Shown: in pieces, positions 1 to 12,063 of the stretch
Layout of the letters: each line of letters starts with the position of its first letter
How positions within the stretch are numbered: position 1 is the first letter of the stretch
Source of the DNA: Hydrolagus colliei
Lineage: Eukaryota
Assembly: GCA_035084275.1 (NCBI GenBank)
Contig: CM068743.1
Span: forward strand, 18,600,001-18,664,000
Direction: 5' to 3'
DNA: 64,000 bases
Position numbers and translations under genes: made by a program
The notes under the pieces: generated by a model
The model's database searches: none
What the model was told of the DNA's origin: nothing
Seen by the model: only the letters and a program-made list of their open reading frames with translations

Positions 1-1379
1 GTGGAGAAGCAGACGAGAAAGAAAGTCTGGCTCTGGATTCTCAAGCTGAGAAAACCTTTACGCTTAATAATCCATGTAACGTGACGTGTGAAAGGATGTC
101 TTGGTCGAGAGCATTTGTTGCGGGCCACATTTGGATGGGAAGAGCGCATTAGCTAGGGGTTTGAAAGGATGCCCAGTGTAAACATGTTTGTCAGCTGGTG
201 ATTTGATCGCCCAAATCTCAACGCCTTCATGAATTATTAACATGTAGGTTTAACAAACTTCTTTTCTCTCTTTCCACTTTGTTCTTCCCGGTGACACATG
301 TGCTGCGACGTGTTTGACGAGTGACATTTGCTGTTTAACATGACAACGAAAGCGCAGACTTCCATTTCAATGCAGTATTGTGAAATGCCTGTCAACCCGA
401 TTTACCTGCACTGAACTTGCAGTGAATTGCCTGATGTGAAAAGGCAATTTTCAGCACCTGTTGCGTTGTGCGCCTTTCTTTAGGCTGATGGCAGAAACAG
501 TCCGTTTGTCTGGCTGACCGAGTGTGTTTGGAAGTGAATGTACAAGGTGCATAATACGCAGCAGGGTGACCTTCCACAATGACTGAGAGAGCCAAATTGT
601 CATTTGAACAGTTTCAATCGGCTTTTTTGTGGTCCACTCGGAGATATCTCCAGTGAAAGATCGTGGTTAATCGAGTTAACTTCGCAAGCAATGTGGACTG
701 AAAACCTATGAGCAGCGTTTAATTTACATTGAAGCGTCCATGCTAGTTTTATTTGGGTGATTTGCAAACAAAAAGAGGCTCGTACAGTTCAATGTTACCA
801 CGGTTGAACCTCATGATTCAGTTGCCTGTAGCTTCTCATGAACTTAGGCTTAAAACCGTTGTATTAAAATGTTAGACTCAATAGAATTAATAAGATTTAT
901 AGTTACACAGTGCTTGTCACGTCGGGAAAATGGCTCAAAGCACCTAATAATTTTCCACTAATCCGCGTGAGTTTAAGTTTTACTTTCCCTTTGGCAGCAT
1001 TATTTTCTGGTCATTCTATATTCACAATTGTGGAAAAATCAAAAATCAAAACTTAATTATAGAATTTTTGAAAATTTTGCAGGATCTTAAATTTGTAACA
1101 CAGTGGTCTTCAGGCTATGACTTAGCATGTTTTGGGACTCAGGAATGGCATTCTGTGCTGTTAACTAGTTTGAGCGAAAAATTATGGTGGGGTGCTACAT
1201 TGGCCTGGGGTCAGGGAGGAGAAACATGAGTGAGAATTTCACCAGGTGCTAGAAGTACATGTGTGTGAATCTCCTTTGAGACAGGTGTGAATTTGGCTGC
1301 AATGTTTGTCAACAATGACAGCTGGCATATATATATATATGTGTGTGTGTGTGTGTATTATACATATATATCACAGAGC

Positions 1380-1915
1380 AATTCTTATGATGGGATCAGA
1401 TGCCAAGCAGTGCAGATGGGAGAAAGGGGGAGGTGACCAGAGGCACAGGTGAAGAAGTAGGTTTTAAGAGCGGATTTAAAGCAGAAAGACAAATTAAGGG
1501 CGAGACAAGATTCAAGAGTGGAGGGAAGAGGTTCCAGAGATTATGGTGGTGCAAAAGAGCGGGGTGGACGTGTGGGCAGGGTGAGCCGTGGACAGAGCAA
1601 TGGGGTAGAAGGAGATCAGAGAGATAAGGGCATGGAAGGCGTTATAGGAAAGGCTGAATAGCTTGTCTAGTCTGCCAAGCCTTGATTCCAGCCACAGAGA
1701 GGAAGAAGGGCCACTGGAAGGCAGCCAGTGTTGAGAAAATCATGTCCCAGTGTGAGTCAGCGCTGGGCTGGTGGGGTTGGGGGGAGGGCGGTGGGGGGAA
1801 GGAGGGGACAATATTCTGTTTCGTAAATGCCCAGTGCCTGTATGAAGTTATGGGGCTGGATCAGCACTTTTCATGGTGGGAATACAAGGTCAACAAGCGG
1901 TCAGTGTAGCAGAGA
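1380..1915 (-). mobile_element. Degraded L2-type LINE 3' fragment
   Basis: Purine-rich + strand resembling the reverse complement of the L2 copies at 44.1-44.8 kb and 37.8-38.5 kb. Confidence 0.5.
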
Positions 1916-2544
1916 TTATATGTGTGAGACTAGAACGAAGCTGCTGATTTGTGGAAGCTGTTTGACTTCACGTTGAAAGCACTCAGTGCAGCATTTTTCT
2001 CTGTGTCAAAACAATCACAGTTTAAAGGAAACTAATCATGTTCTCACCGGCTTGGATTATCACCTTAATATACTAGTTCCAGCTTTTTCAAGCACATTCT
2101 GTCATCCTTCCTGTTCATCATACATTATATGGCAGTACATTGACTAAGTGAAGCCTACATTAATAAAATAATAGGGAAACTCATATACCTTCTCCTTTGA
2201 CTTGTTTGCTTGTGAGGTATTAATAGATATTGCAAAGGGCTTGAAATTTGGGTGGCAAACTGTGACTAAGCGCTTTCCCAATGTAAAAAAATGTAAATGA
2301 AGTGTATTGTAAAGGATGAATATTTGGAAACTAGAGGTCACTATCCTTGCCACCTTTTTGCTTTCAGGCTGTTTCTGGGATGAGAAATGTCTCGAATGTT
2401 TTTGCTGATTTTCCTGATTTATTTCGGCCATCTTATGATAATCGGGTAACCACACTATGCCATTTACTGTTTCCAAGAAGAAGTCAGGGAAAATCAGGAA
2501 ACTTGCAAAGGCTCTTTTGTGGCTGATATTTTTCACAGTAACTT

Positions 2545-2660
2545 GATAATAATAATAATCCTTGTATTTGATATAGCGCTTTTCATGTCTTCTAGACATC
2601 TTCAAAGCACTTCACAGAACACACTGTCAAGTGAATTGGCTGTACATTTGTGGACGAAAC
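2545..2660 (-). mobile_element. SINE 3' fragment (Deu-type family)
   Basis: (aat)n-ccttgtatttgatatagcgcttttca... is the reverse complement of the family tail. Confidence 0.75.
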
Positions 2661-2849
2661 AAATATATTTGATGACCTAGAAGGTGGACTTGGTTTGACA
2701 CAGGAAGCTAAAATGCTTTACAATGAGGCTACACTGTACATTCTCAACCCTACAGTAATTTTAGCATTTACAGCAAGATTTATTTTTGGTGTGTCTGATA
2801 CTTGCAGATAGATAGCCATCATCATGTTTAAGAGCATAGCATAGAATCT

Positions 2850-3030
2850 ATCGCCTCAAAATCCTCCTCTTCATCAGTCCCATGGTCACCCCAAATCTCC
2901 CCCTTTCCCTCCACCCTCCCCATCTCCCCATCCCTAACCCCAGCTTGGGTCTGAAATAATGACTGTCCAGCGCCTTGGGGCGTCCTCCTGACGTAAAAGG
3001 TGCTATACAAGTGTAATTTAGTTGTTGTTG
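2850..3030 (+). mobile_element. L2 LINE 3' tail
   Basis: Ends ...aaaggtgctatacaagtgtaatttagttgttgttg, the same tail as the longer L2 copies. Confidence 0.65.
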
Positions 3031-3289
3031 GAAAGGAATGCGCACTCTCTCCCTGTAGGGATGCATCCTGCTTTGCCTAATTTGGGTAAGATCAAGGGCT
3101 CATTTTTATCCATAGGAGATGTTTTTTGGCTGATCTAACCAGGCAAACGTGATTGAAAATATCTGACCTGAGTGAATATTTAGCTTAAGAGGATTTTTCA
3201 CGTTTCCTTTGGTTCTGCTCAGTTCTACAGATGGCTCTTCAGTATCGCTCACTTAAGAAATGCAGAGATTTTCAGCCTCACAAATGAAC

Positions 3290-3520
3290 CAACGGCTCCT
3301 CCAGTGGCCTAATGGGTAAAGGCAGATAGGCCACACACACAGGCTGCAGTCAAAGAGTCATCTGATCTCAGGCAGGGCTTGTATAGCACCAGTGGTTGGT
3401 GCTTTAGTATCCCTGGCTTAGAAAGGGGGAAAATCAGCACAAATGCCTGCTTGCAATAAATAGCAGGGAGAGAAGATGTGTATGTGAGCACCAGGGCGTA
3501 GAAATTAAACCTGGGCCTGG
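3290..3520 (+). mobile_element. Old tRNA-headed SINE-like repeat, related copy at ~1140-1320
   Basis: A-box-like tggcctaatgggtaaaggc and a shared cctgg...gggaaaatcagc...gtgtatgtg core. Family not identified. Confidence 0.35.
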
Positions 3521-4090
3521 ATTTACTATTTTATCTCTTCTCAGCAGTCCAGAGCATTCAGAATTGAGCAAATTCTTGGAATACAGTCTCAATGTAGACG
3601 CCAGTTTTCAGCCATTTATTTTAAGAACTAAAGTAAACCAGCTTCCGTAAAACACAAAATTCAGCGATTTATCAGATTCTGGTTCTAAACTACAATAAAT
3701 CGATCCGCCAGGCAGAATATCTTTCCCCAAAGACCCCAAATGTTTATGATCTGAGCCTTGAGACCATTGTTTGAACATTTAAAATCTTAGAATCTTGGTG
3801 AATATTTAAAAATTTAGTCTTAATCCTCGAGTCGGTTATGTTAATGATGTAATAATCCTTCCATTTTATACAACGCCTTTCATATTGTGAGTATGCCTCA
3901 AAGTACTTCACAGGATATAATATAAAGTGTACTGACCGTGTATTTTGTACGTGAATGACTATACTGAAAAACAATGGTAAAATAACTTTTTTTAAAAATT
4001 CTTCCATGATCTGTGATGTATTTTATATCTTGACTCCATTGCAGTCTTGCATTCTTTTTGTTGCTAACCTGATGCACTTTAATCTCCCAG

Positions 4091-4210
4091 GCTTTCCAGA
4101 AATACTCAGTTATGGATGTAAGTTCAAAACCAGGTGTTGAGCAGCCCAGAGTTGAATTGCAAGGCAGAGACCTAAGGCCCATGGCTTTAATATCACCCAA
4201 AGAAAAGAAG
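4091..4210 (+). CDS. KIAA1217: KIAA1217 (Sickle tail) internal coding exon, AFQKYSVMDVSSKPG...ISPKEKK
   Basis: ctcccag|GCT...AAG|gtaaca, 120 nt, phase 0/0. Translation matches the recalled vertebrate SKT segment AFQKCSFMDV...PPKEKK. Not in the ORF track as a product. Confidence 0.9.
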
Positions 4211-4469
4211 GTAACAACTATGACATTGGAATCTGAGCTTGCCACACTTCCACGCATCGCATATTTTGCCTGCTTCAAATACTAACAGCTTGTGCTGTAT
4301 CTGTATTGCGTTCTTCTATAGTTCACTCTTCACCACTGCACTCTTCTGTACTTCAATCTTCTCTACCGCAGGCTTATCTTGCAAAGCTCACTGGAGTGCT
4401 TTTCCGTGATGTAAAATTCAAGTCTGCAGAGAATGAAAGTTGGTTGCCCTTTGCCAATACACCACACAA

Positions 4470-4702
4470 CCACCAACTCACCCCTCCCTCCACACTTTCA
4501 AATCCCACCTAAAGACCCTTTTGACCGTGCTTACGGCCACCTCTCCCTCTCCCCTTGGCTCGGGGTCAGACTCCACCACCACCACCACCACCAACAACAA
4601 CAAAATGACATTTATAGAGCGCCTTTCATCTCGGGAGGATGTCAAGCACACCGGGATGCTACCCTGGTGTAGGGCGCTAGATAAATGCAGGTGGTTGTTG
4701 TT
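4470..4702 (+). mobile_element. L2 tail cluster with (CAC)n(CAA)n and two opposed tails
   Basis: L2 3' sequence, then a minus-oriented tail (4590-4650) and a plus-oriented tail (4660-4702). Confidence 0.6.
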
Positions 4703-5612
4703 GACGTATGCCAATCGTGTTGCTGTGGATACAACAACGGGAACAGCAACTCGCATTTATATAACACCCGTCATGCAGGGCAGCGTTAGGGAGCACCTCG
4801 TTTTAGAAGGATTCTCGTGAATGCCTTGTTATTTCGATCGGTATCTTGTTTTCCCGCCATTTTTCCAAAATATATCGAGCTGAATTAGTACACAGCTCCC
4901 CCAAACCAAGAGGGAAACTAATTGACTTGCTCCCAGCTCTCCAGAATCACAAACTCTCAGCTCGATGCTAATGAGTGGAGTCAAAAGGAGCACTAGGTGT
5001 CTCATTGTAACCTTCCCCCCCACCCACCCACCCCCCACCACGGCCAGCCCATTACCACCAAAAAGACTAGAGCTTACTGGACAGACAACAAGCACAGAAT
5101 CTATGCCCAGTTGTTTCAAGCTCAAATGTCAAATGCTCTCCCTTCTAGCATGCTTCAGTGTGTTTGTCACCCTCCACTCGAACACAAACATTTCTGACTG
5201 TACCAGCCTGTGCTCTGTGATCACACCTTGCTGTGGATCAGTATGTTCTTTTGCAAGGCTTCAGGTAAAACACAAGCAGGTTAGTGAAACTGATGCTGTC
5301 TCTGTATCCTACCAAGGAAATTAAGGAACAGCTCATTTTGAAGGGAACGATTCTAAGGAATCAATAGTGAGCAGCAGGAAGAACATAACATAGCAACAGT
5401 TATAAGAATCTATTTAAAGCCATAGAAATTTATAACGCAGAAGAAGGCTGTTAGGCCCATCATGGCTGAAATCGTAGTTTCAACTTGTTTAAATTCAGAA
5501 AAATCATTTCAAATAGTTTCTTGCTGGGAAGCAGGATTTTAAATACATCATGCCACCTCCCCAATAAGTCAGTCAGTAGAACCACTCCGTAAGTGTCAAA
5601 ATCTAAACATTG

Positions 5613-5945
5613 TGGAGTCCTGTAGAACACTCGCCTCACCAGCGAGAGGACCCGGGTTCGATTCCCGGGCAAGACGAAACCTTAGGCATATTTTCTTACT
5701 CCACATGCCTCTGTTTACTCAGCAGTAAGTAGGAACCCAATTGTTAATCGATTGGTGGATTGCTTTCTGGGGATAATCCCTCCCCCACAAAAAAGAACAA
5801 TAATTTGGCCACTCAATCCATGATTATTTGTGGGACACTGTTGTGTGCAATTGGCTGTGGTGTTTCTCCCACAAAATACTCAGTCAATCCACTTCACGGT
5901 ATATCCTGTGACATGCTTCGAGACATCTCAACAATTTGTTAAGAT
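5613..5945 (+). mobile_element. tRNA-derived SINE with Deu-like domain
   Basis: ggagtcctgtag head, B-box gggttcgattccc, body tgtgggacactg..gtgcaattggctg. Confidence 0.8.
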
Positions 5946-8249
5946 GCTGCCTCATGTACATATCATGCAAGGACAGTACCTGAGTTCTCATTTCTCAAGA
6001 ACAGAGGAAAGTCTGGATTGTGTGGGTTCCTTGTTGTTTGATGTACCATTTCTAGGTCGACAGGCAATGAACCGAGTGATCGTTCCCTGACCTTCTTTCC
6101 TCTCAACCAGACTTGGAATAAAACTATTGTTATCATTGTTCCCCTTCACTCACCATCTGTTGCATCACCTAACCCACTCACTGCTAATCCACTAATGCGG
6201 ACAGAGACAGCCTCTGGTTCTGCTTGCGCTGCTGTTTGCGTTTACCGCACAAACAAAACAACTTCAATTGTATGGCATTTTGTGAATGAAATCAACTTTG
6301 ATTGAATACAAATATTTTCTAATAAGCAGGAGCTGGAGTTGATATAAACTGGACTAACCACTGAAAGGCTTAGCGATGTTGCCTGCAATACTTTTATGGA
6401 GTAGTTACATCCTTGCTCAGATGAATATGAAACACAACAGATTGAACATGGGCTGTATTTTTATGTAGAGAGGCCTTAAAAACTTAGAAAATACTGTTGG
6501 ACTATATTCTATATGATGAAGTCTTGCATTTGGTGAAGCAACGATGGTTCTCTCTTTTCACTACACGTTAAAGCATCTCAAATATTTGAACTAGATTATC
6601 ATTGAAACCAATCACATCTTAAAACACCACATAAACAATTTTACTGGGGGCATACTGCAGTATTCCAGTGTTCAGTGTGTTAATTATCACATCCAATGCT
6701 TTATAAACTGCTGCAAATGTAGACACTATAATTCTTCAGGGGATTCAAAATAAATTATTTCATTTTGTTGCAGATTTAATTATCTTTTAAAAGCTTGGAG
6801 GCAGGACTGCTCTCTTTCAATCTCTCGCTCCTTCCCCAATGTGCTGCACACTGATTGAGCCCATTTCCTGAATTTTAAACAATTCCAGTGCCTAACCGCA
6901 TTGATTCCTTCCAGCTTCCTCCTTTCTTTTCGCTCTGTGGCTGCAGTGCTTAAATATCCACTGACTTTAAGGTTTCTGTTTAAGAACAGACTTCTGTCTG
7001 AAAACCAAACAGGACATATGTCTGAGTCTTTAATTGGAATGGACAATTCATGGCTTATTTTTCAGCTTTAAGAATTCCTGTTCTTCATAACAGACACCTT
7101 AAAGACAGCAGTTTGGGTATTTTGCTGACCCAGCCACACACTGCTCAAATATTCTCAATAAGACATGTCAACATTTTTGTGGCATTTTATAAATTGACCC
7201 TTGTATCTTTGTGCCCCTTTACAGTGAGATTGAGTATTGGCAGAAAATGTACAAAAGACTGTTTAACTCTTTGATTTGTGCAAGTTAGATGCTTGTTATT
7301 GCGAGCAACTGCGATTTGGGTGGTGCTCTGATTAGACGAGAGAGCTTTAAAACATCTACATTTATGCACTTGCTATCAGTAATCACTACTGTACAATGAA
7401 GATAACTGAAAATGCTGAATTCAAAATCAATAGTCTTATGTTAGAATCTAAACTCATTAAGGACTTCAAAGATGTGAAGTGCAGCTGGGCTTTCGTATGC
7501 ATAATACCAAATCCCATCATAAAACTGTGCACCTCATTCATAAGTGCCCTGTCCTATAACTGAAGATTGGCTAATCGATTCGTATCTACATTGTAAAACC
7601 ACTGTATACTTCTGTGACTGCTTTTAATTAACCTGAACTAGGACAGGATTGGATTTTTTTGTGTTTATGTCTGACGTTGCCTTGTTTGCAGCATATTGGT
7701 GTGTGCTTGTGCAAGGAAAGCTTGGTGACTACAATTCAGATGCAGTTGAACTCTTATTATCTGAGCATAATAATAATCCTCGCATTTCTTATTGCTCTGT
7801 TCACATTGAGAGGTCGTCTCAAGGCCCTTCACAGAATATACAGTGAAGTGTAGTGACTGCGTATTTTGTAGGTGAATACGGCAGTCAATTTTGCCCACAG
7901 CAGCATGCACATCACATAGACTCACTACTGATTTCCAATGCAGTTTGAACACACATGATATTAAAATGTAACTGTTATTGTAGCTTGTGATCATTTGTAA
8001 CTGCTTAATGTTTCTTGGTTTGTTCATATAATAGGAGTTCTCTGTACAGAAATACATTTTGCTTGCAACCTGCAGTTTATTTTAAGTATCTGTGTTTTCA
8101 GTTTGATGTATTTTTTCCTGGAGACACAGGTTAGACTGTGTTACCACACATGGTGTTTGGTTTTTCTCATAGAAGCCTTGCTTGATTCCTGAAGAAGGTA
8201 CAAGAAAGGTATTTTCTATCTTCAAAAGCCTACATTGTCTTCTGATCGA

Positions 8250-8560
8250 GGAGGCCTGTAGCTCAGTGGTTAGAGCACTCGCCTCACAAGCGAGAGACCT
8301 GGATTCAATTCATGTCAGGACAAAACCTTGTTTCCTTACTCCACACATCTGATAATAATCCCTCCAGAAAAGAAAATCAATAATAAATTGGTCACTTCAA
8401 ACCAACGTCTGTTTGTGGGACACTGCTGAGCACAATTGGCTGCCGCCTTTCGCCCACAAATATACAGTCAGTTCAATTTAAAGAATAATTTGTGCAGCAC
8501 TTTGAGACATCTAGAAGACGTGAAAAGTGCTGCATCAAATGCAAGGATTATTATTATTAT
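8250..8560 (+). mobile_element. tRNA-derived Deu-type SINE, full length
   Basis: A-box tagctcagtggttagagc, B-box ggattcaattc, Deu body, tail caaatgcaaggattattattatt. Confidence 0.85.
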
Positions 8561-9404
8561 CCTTATCCTGTACCCCTTGAACACTAAAGCACATTCATCT
8601 CACATTACATCAAACTCCTATTTGCTGTGTTCAGTGGTGTCTATTTCTGCTCCAGGTAAAACACTCCGAAAAAGATTCCTACCGATGTAAAAATGTTCTA
8701 GACAAAAAGGCGATACTTTGTAAAACTTGTAAACTGAAATCACAGATGTCTCGCTATTTCTAAAAGAGAGTGTACTGTTATGCGGTTGGCTCCAGGCAGA
8801 CACTAGCTGGTGGCTTGACATTCTATGTGTGGAAATGCAAATTTCACAAAGGGTTTTGCTGCTTCACAATTTCTAAACGTATTTCACCGGTATCCATGGG
8901 CTTGCTTGTTTTGTTTGAACACCCGAGTGTTAAATGTTCATTTGCTGGTTTGGGGACAATGGCTATTGTTGCAAAGCTTTTCAATCAGAAACGCTATTTC
9001 CTTTGGAGAGCTGAGAATATGAAATTGGGGCTGTGGTAACTGAAAGTGCGGAAGGAGGTGACTTGAGGTAAATAAAAAAATCTTTGCCCAAGCTATAACC
9101 TCTGCTTTAGAACTTGGCATTAACCGTTTCTAAGGTGTGGATTCGAATGCACTGAATTTTGGAATGTAAGTGTGACATGGTAAACGGATTTTTGTTTCGC
9201 TTTTGATTTCTGCTTTCTTTGCAATTGCAGTTGTTTTTTTGGTGGGGGGGGATGTTGCAGATTTTTAACTGGTGAAATGCAACAGGTTTGTTATTGTTGG
9301 GCAAAGTGTTTTTACCAGACCTTTGAATGCATCCGTGTTTAATAAGAATGTTTCATTCCTAACTTGTCAAGCTTGTGTTGGTGAATAATATATTATGATC
9401 CTAG

Positions 9405-9485
9405 CAGAAATCAGACATTTTCAGTGAAGATAATCAGGCCATAGACACACCAAACGAGGGCCAGGCTGAGCTGGAATCCACAGTG
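9405..9485 (+). CDS. KIAA1217: KIAA1217 coding exon, QKSDIFSEDNQAIDTPNEGQAELESTV
   Basis: Acceptor ctag|CAG|AAA (NAGNAG, start 9405 or 9408), donor GTG|gtaagt, 81 nt open, phase 0/0, in the position of the equivalent short human exon. Confidence 0.75.
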
Positions 9486-9647
9486 GTAAGTGTCTTAAAT
9501 GGTGGAAATTAATAGTAATAATGAGAATTTTTTTTGTTGAAGCTTATTAACCAATTTTTGCTGCATCGTTAATGTTTGCGGCAATAAAAAATCTTTACTG
9601 TTCAGCGAATATTTGCCAATTTTATTATTCTTGACTGCCTTGTACAG

Positions 9648-11339
9648 GATTTCTCAGACAAACGTGAGACCTCTGCCTTCATCTTTCATTCGGACGATTC
9701 CCAAATTGAAGTCCATCCTCAGAATGACACGTCTGTGCCTCAGGAGGCTCCCAGAGAGACCCACAAACACGTGGGAGACAAAGACCAATCTGCCCCGGAA
9801 CGAACACAAGTTGCGCTCGTATCTGCTGAAATTGAGCGCAATGCCACTGTGGACAAAGAGCTGGTGCCTGCCTTAAGAGGTCACGGATCAGTTGTAAAGG
9901 GTGAAACAGCGTACAGACTCCACGAACATGACCGAGTGAGAGAAGTGGATGACACATATTCTGCAAATATTCCCGATATGAACGAGGTTGTTAATCCGTC
10001 GGTTACTCACCCGGTTAGCACAGAGAAGGGCCAACCTTTCATGCAACAAGTCACCTCCTTTGTCAGCCAGCAGGATTCGATTGCTAATCGATTTCACCTT
10101 CAAGAATTGGAAGCGCCGACGGTAGAGTCTGGTCCGCCAGCTGGAGATTGTAGCCAGCAAGTAGTACTGAGACCAAGGACTTCGAAGAAGGTTATCGTCA
10201 GGTATGCTGAGGATGTTGACTCTTCGGGTTCTTCTGAAGATGAGACAATGTCAGCTGATAACATCGCGTTTATGATCACAAACACCAAGGTGCAGGCCCT
10301 GTCCAGTGGTGAGGTCAACGATTTGGTAAACCAAAAGGGACAAGGCATCCAGACTGTGAGCGTCGATGCCAATCAAGCGATGACGGCGCATCAGTACAAC
10401 CCCCAGGAGACTGGGAACGAATCCCCGGAGTTCTGCACTGATAAGAAACCAGTGATCATCATCTTTGACGAACCTATGGATATCCGATCAGCTTACAAAC
10501 GATTGTCGACGATATTTGAATCTGACGAAGAGCTGGAAAGAATGATGGCAGAGGCGAGCATAGAGGAAGAAAACGAAGATGTGGAAATAGCAGCTGAGAC
10601 CCTGTACTCTGCGAAGCTCAATAACGTGAACAATAATCAATCATATCCAGAACCTTTCACTGCGAATTCAACTGCTGCTTTTGAATCTGATGAATCTAGT
10701 GGCATGCACTGTGGTTTGGAAAAAAGGAACACAGCAAACGAGGCCAGTTCTAAACCTCTCCAAGATGAGACATCCATAGCTGACTGTGTGGACACCAGTA
10801 AGAATGATTCCAAGAAGAAATTCAAGTTCAAATTCCCCAAGAAGCAACTTGCAGCCTTGACCCAAGCGATCCGTACAGGCACGAAGACCGGGAAGAAAAC
10901 TCTGCAGGTGGTGGTCTACGAGGACGAGGAGGAACTTGACGGAACTGTGAAGCAGCACAAGGAAGCAAAGAGATTTGAGATCACCCGGTCAAAGAGTAAA
11001 GATGAAGCCGCCAGCAAAATCAGCGAGCCAAAGCAACACAGCTCCAACGATGCTGTGTTGAATTCAACCAGAACAGATCAGATTCGGAAAAACACTTACA
11101 AGACTTTGGATAGTCTCGAGCAAACCATCAAACAGTTGGAAACGACCATTAGTGAAATGAGCCCAAAGGTCTTGGATCAGGGGGATGAATACACAAATTA
11201 CACCACATATTTCCGCGATTCCCTTGGAACGGTTCAGGATGAATACAGACCTCCTGCAGATCAATCCCTGCTTCCTTCTGGAAAGGCACCTCCGTGCGCC
11301 AAAGACAAACCAGCACTCCTTCCAAAAATCTCCACCAAA
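9648..11339 (+). CDS. KIAA1217: KIAA1217 large coding exon (~564 aa)
   Basis: Acceptor tgtacag|GAT in frame with ORF 9735-11417. Diagnostic motifs DNIAFMIT, DKKPVIIIFDEPMDIRSAYKRLSTIFE, KKKFKFKFPKKQLAALTQAIRTGTKTGKKTLQVVVYE, TLDSLEQTIKQLE. 3' boundary is either 11339 (GC donor) or 11351 (GT donor). Confidence 0.95.
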
Positions 11340-11913
11340 GCAAGTGTCCAGGTGTCCCCCTTCTATTCACTGATCGCTGCTTCATGTGGTGATGTGACTC
11401 CTCTTTCTGGTTTCTAACAGCTGATGCAATAATTGGTTAAACGTATCTTTTTGAGTGTGGTGTTGGGGAAATCTAATGTTTATTAATCTGACTGCTGATC
11501 TGATCTGATCTGAGCTGAGCTGGGCTACTTGATTTTCTTTTATTAATTGGCAGCATAGTGGTGTACTCACGTAAACCGGATCTTGTTTCAGGTAAATGTA
11601 CGCTTCCTGTAAGTTAACTTTATTTTTGTTTTCTTGCATCTTGCATCTCTAACCTCAGTAAGAATCTGGGTGAAAATGGGGACTCTGATTCTGTTGCTCA
11701 TGCATGTAATGAATCAACGACCTTTCCTAATCTTAGGGTCATGGTGATCTATGCAGATGCAACGCAGAATAGCATGTCTGTGATTGATCCTGTCTGGTGA
11801 TTCAATGGCCTGTATTCTGATTTCAAAATATTTGTCCACAGGTATTGGAATAAAACAATCTAAAATTCTGGGGATCTCTTTTTTTAAACGAGGATCATTC
11901 GTTCTGTTTGCAG

Positions 11914-12063
11914 GGTTCAAACCTGATGTCTCCCACTAGCAGAATGCCGGTGTCTGTGGGATCCAAAACACAACAGCAGCGGCAGCAACAGCAACAACAG
12001 CAGAGCAACGCAGAAAAAGCAACCAAACCCAAGCTCCAAGACCCACAGCGCCAGTTCCGACAG
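11914..12063 (+). CDS. KIAA1217: KIAA1217 penultimate coding exon, GSNLMSPTSRMPVSVGSK-polyQ-...KLQDPQRQFRQ
   Basis: ttgcag|GGT...CAG|gtagtt, 150 nt, phase 0/0. Matches recalled SKT TSRMPVP...KLQDPRQYRQ. Confidence 0.92.

Noticed and set aside
1-150. Open frame GEADEKESLALDSQAEK... at the window start as a possible KIAA1217 exon
   Set aside because: No recognisable homology to the expected upstream exon (ending ...IMAELQ) and no convincing donor.
8250-8320. tRNA-like A/B boxes (also at 5613, 21791, 27280, 40400, 57923, 59356)
   Set aside because: These are SINE heads: each is followed by the same body and tail and has no intact cloverleaf.
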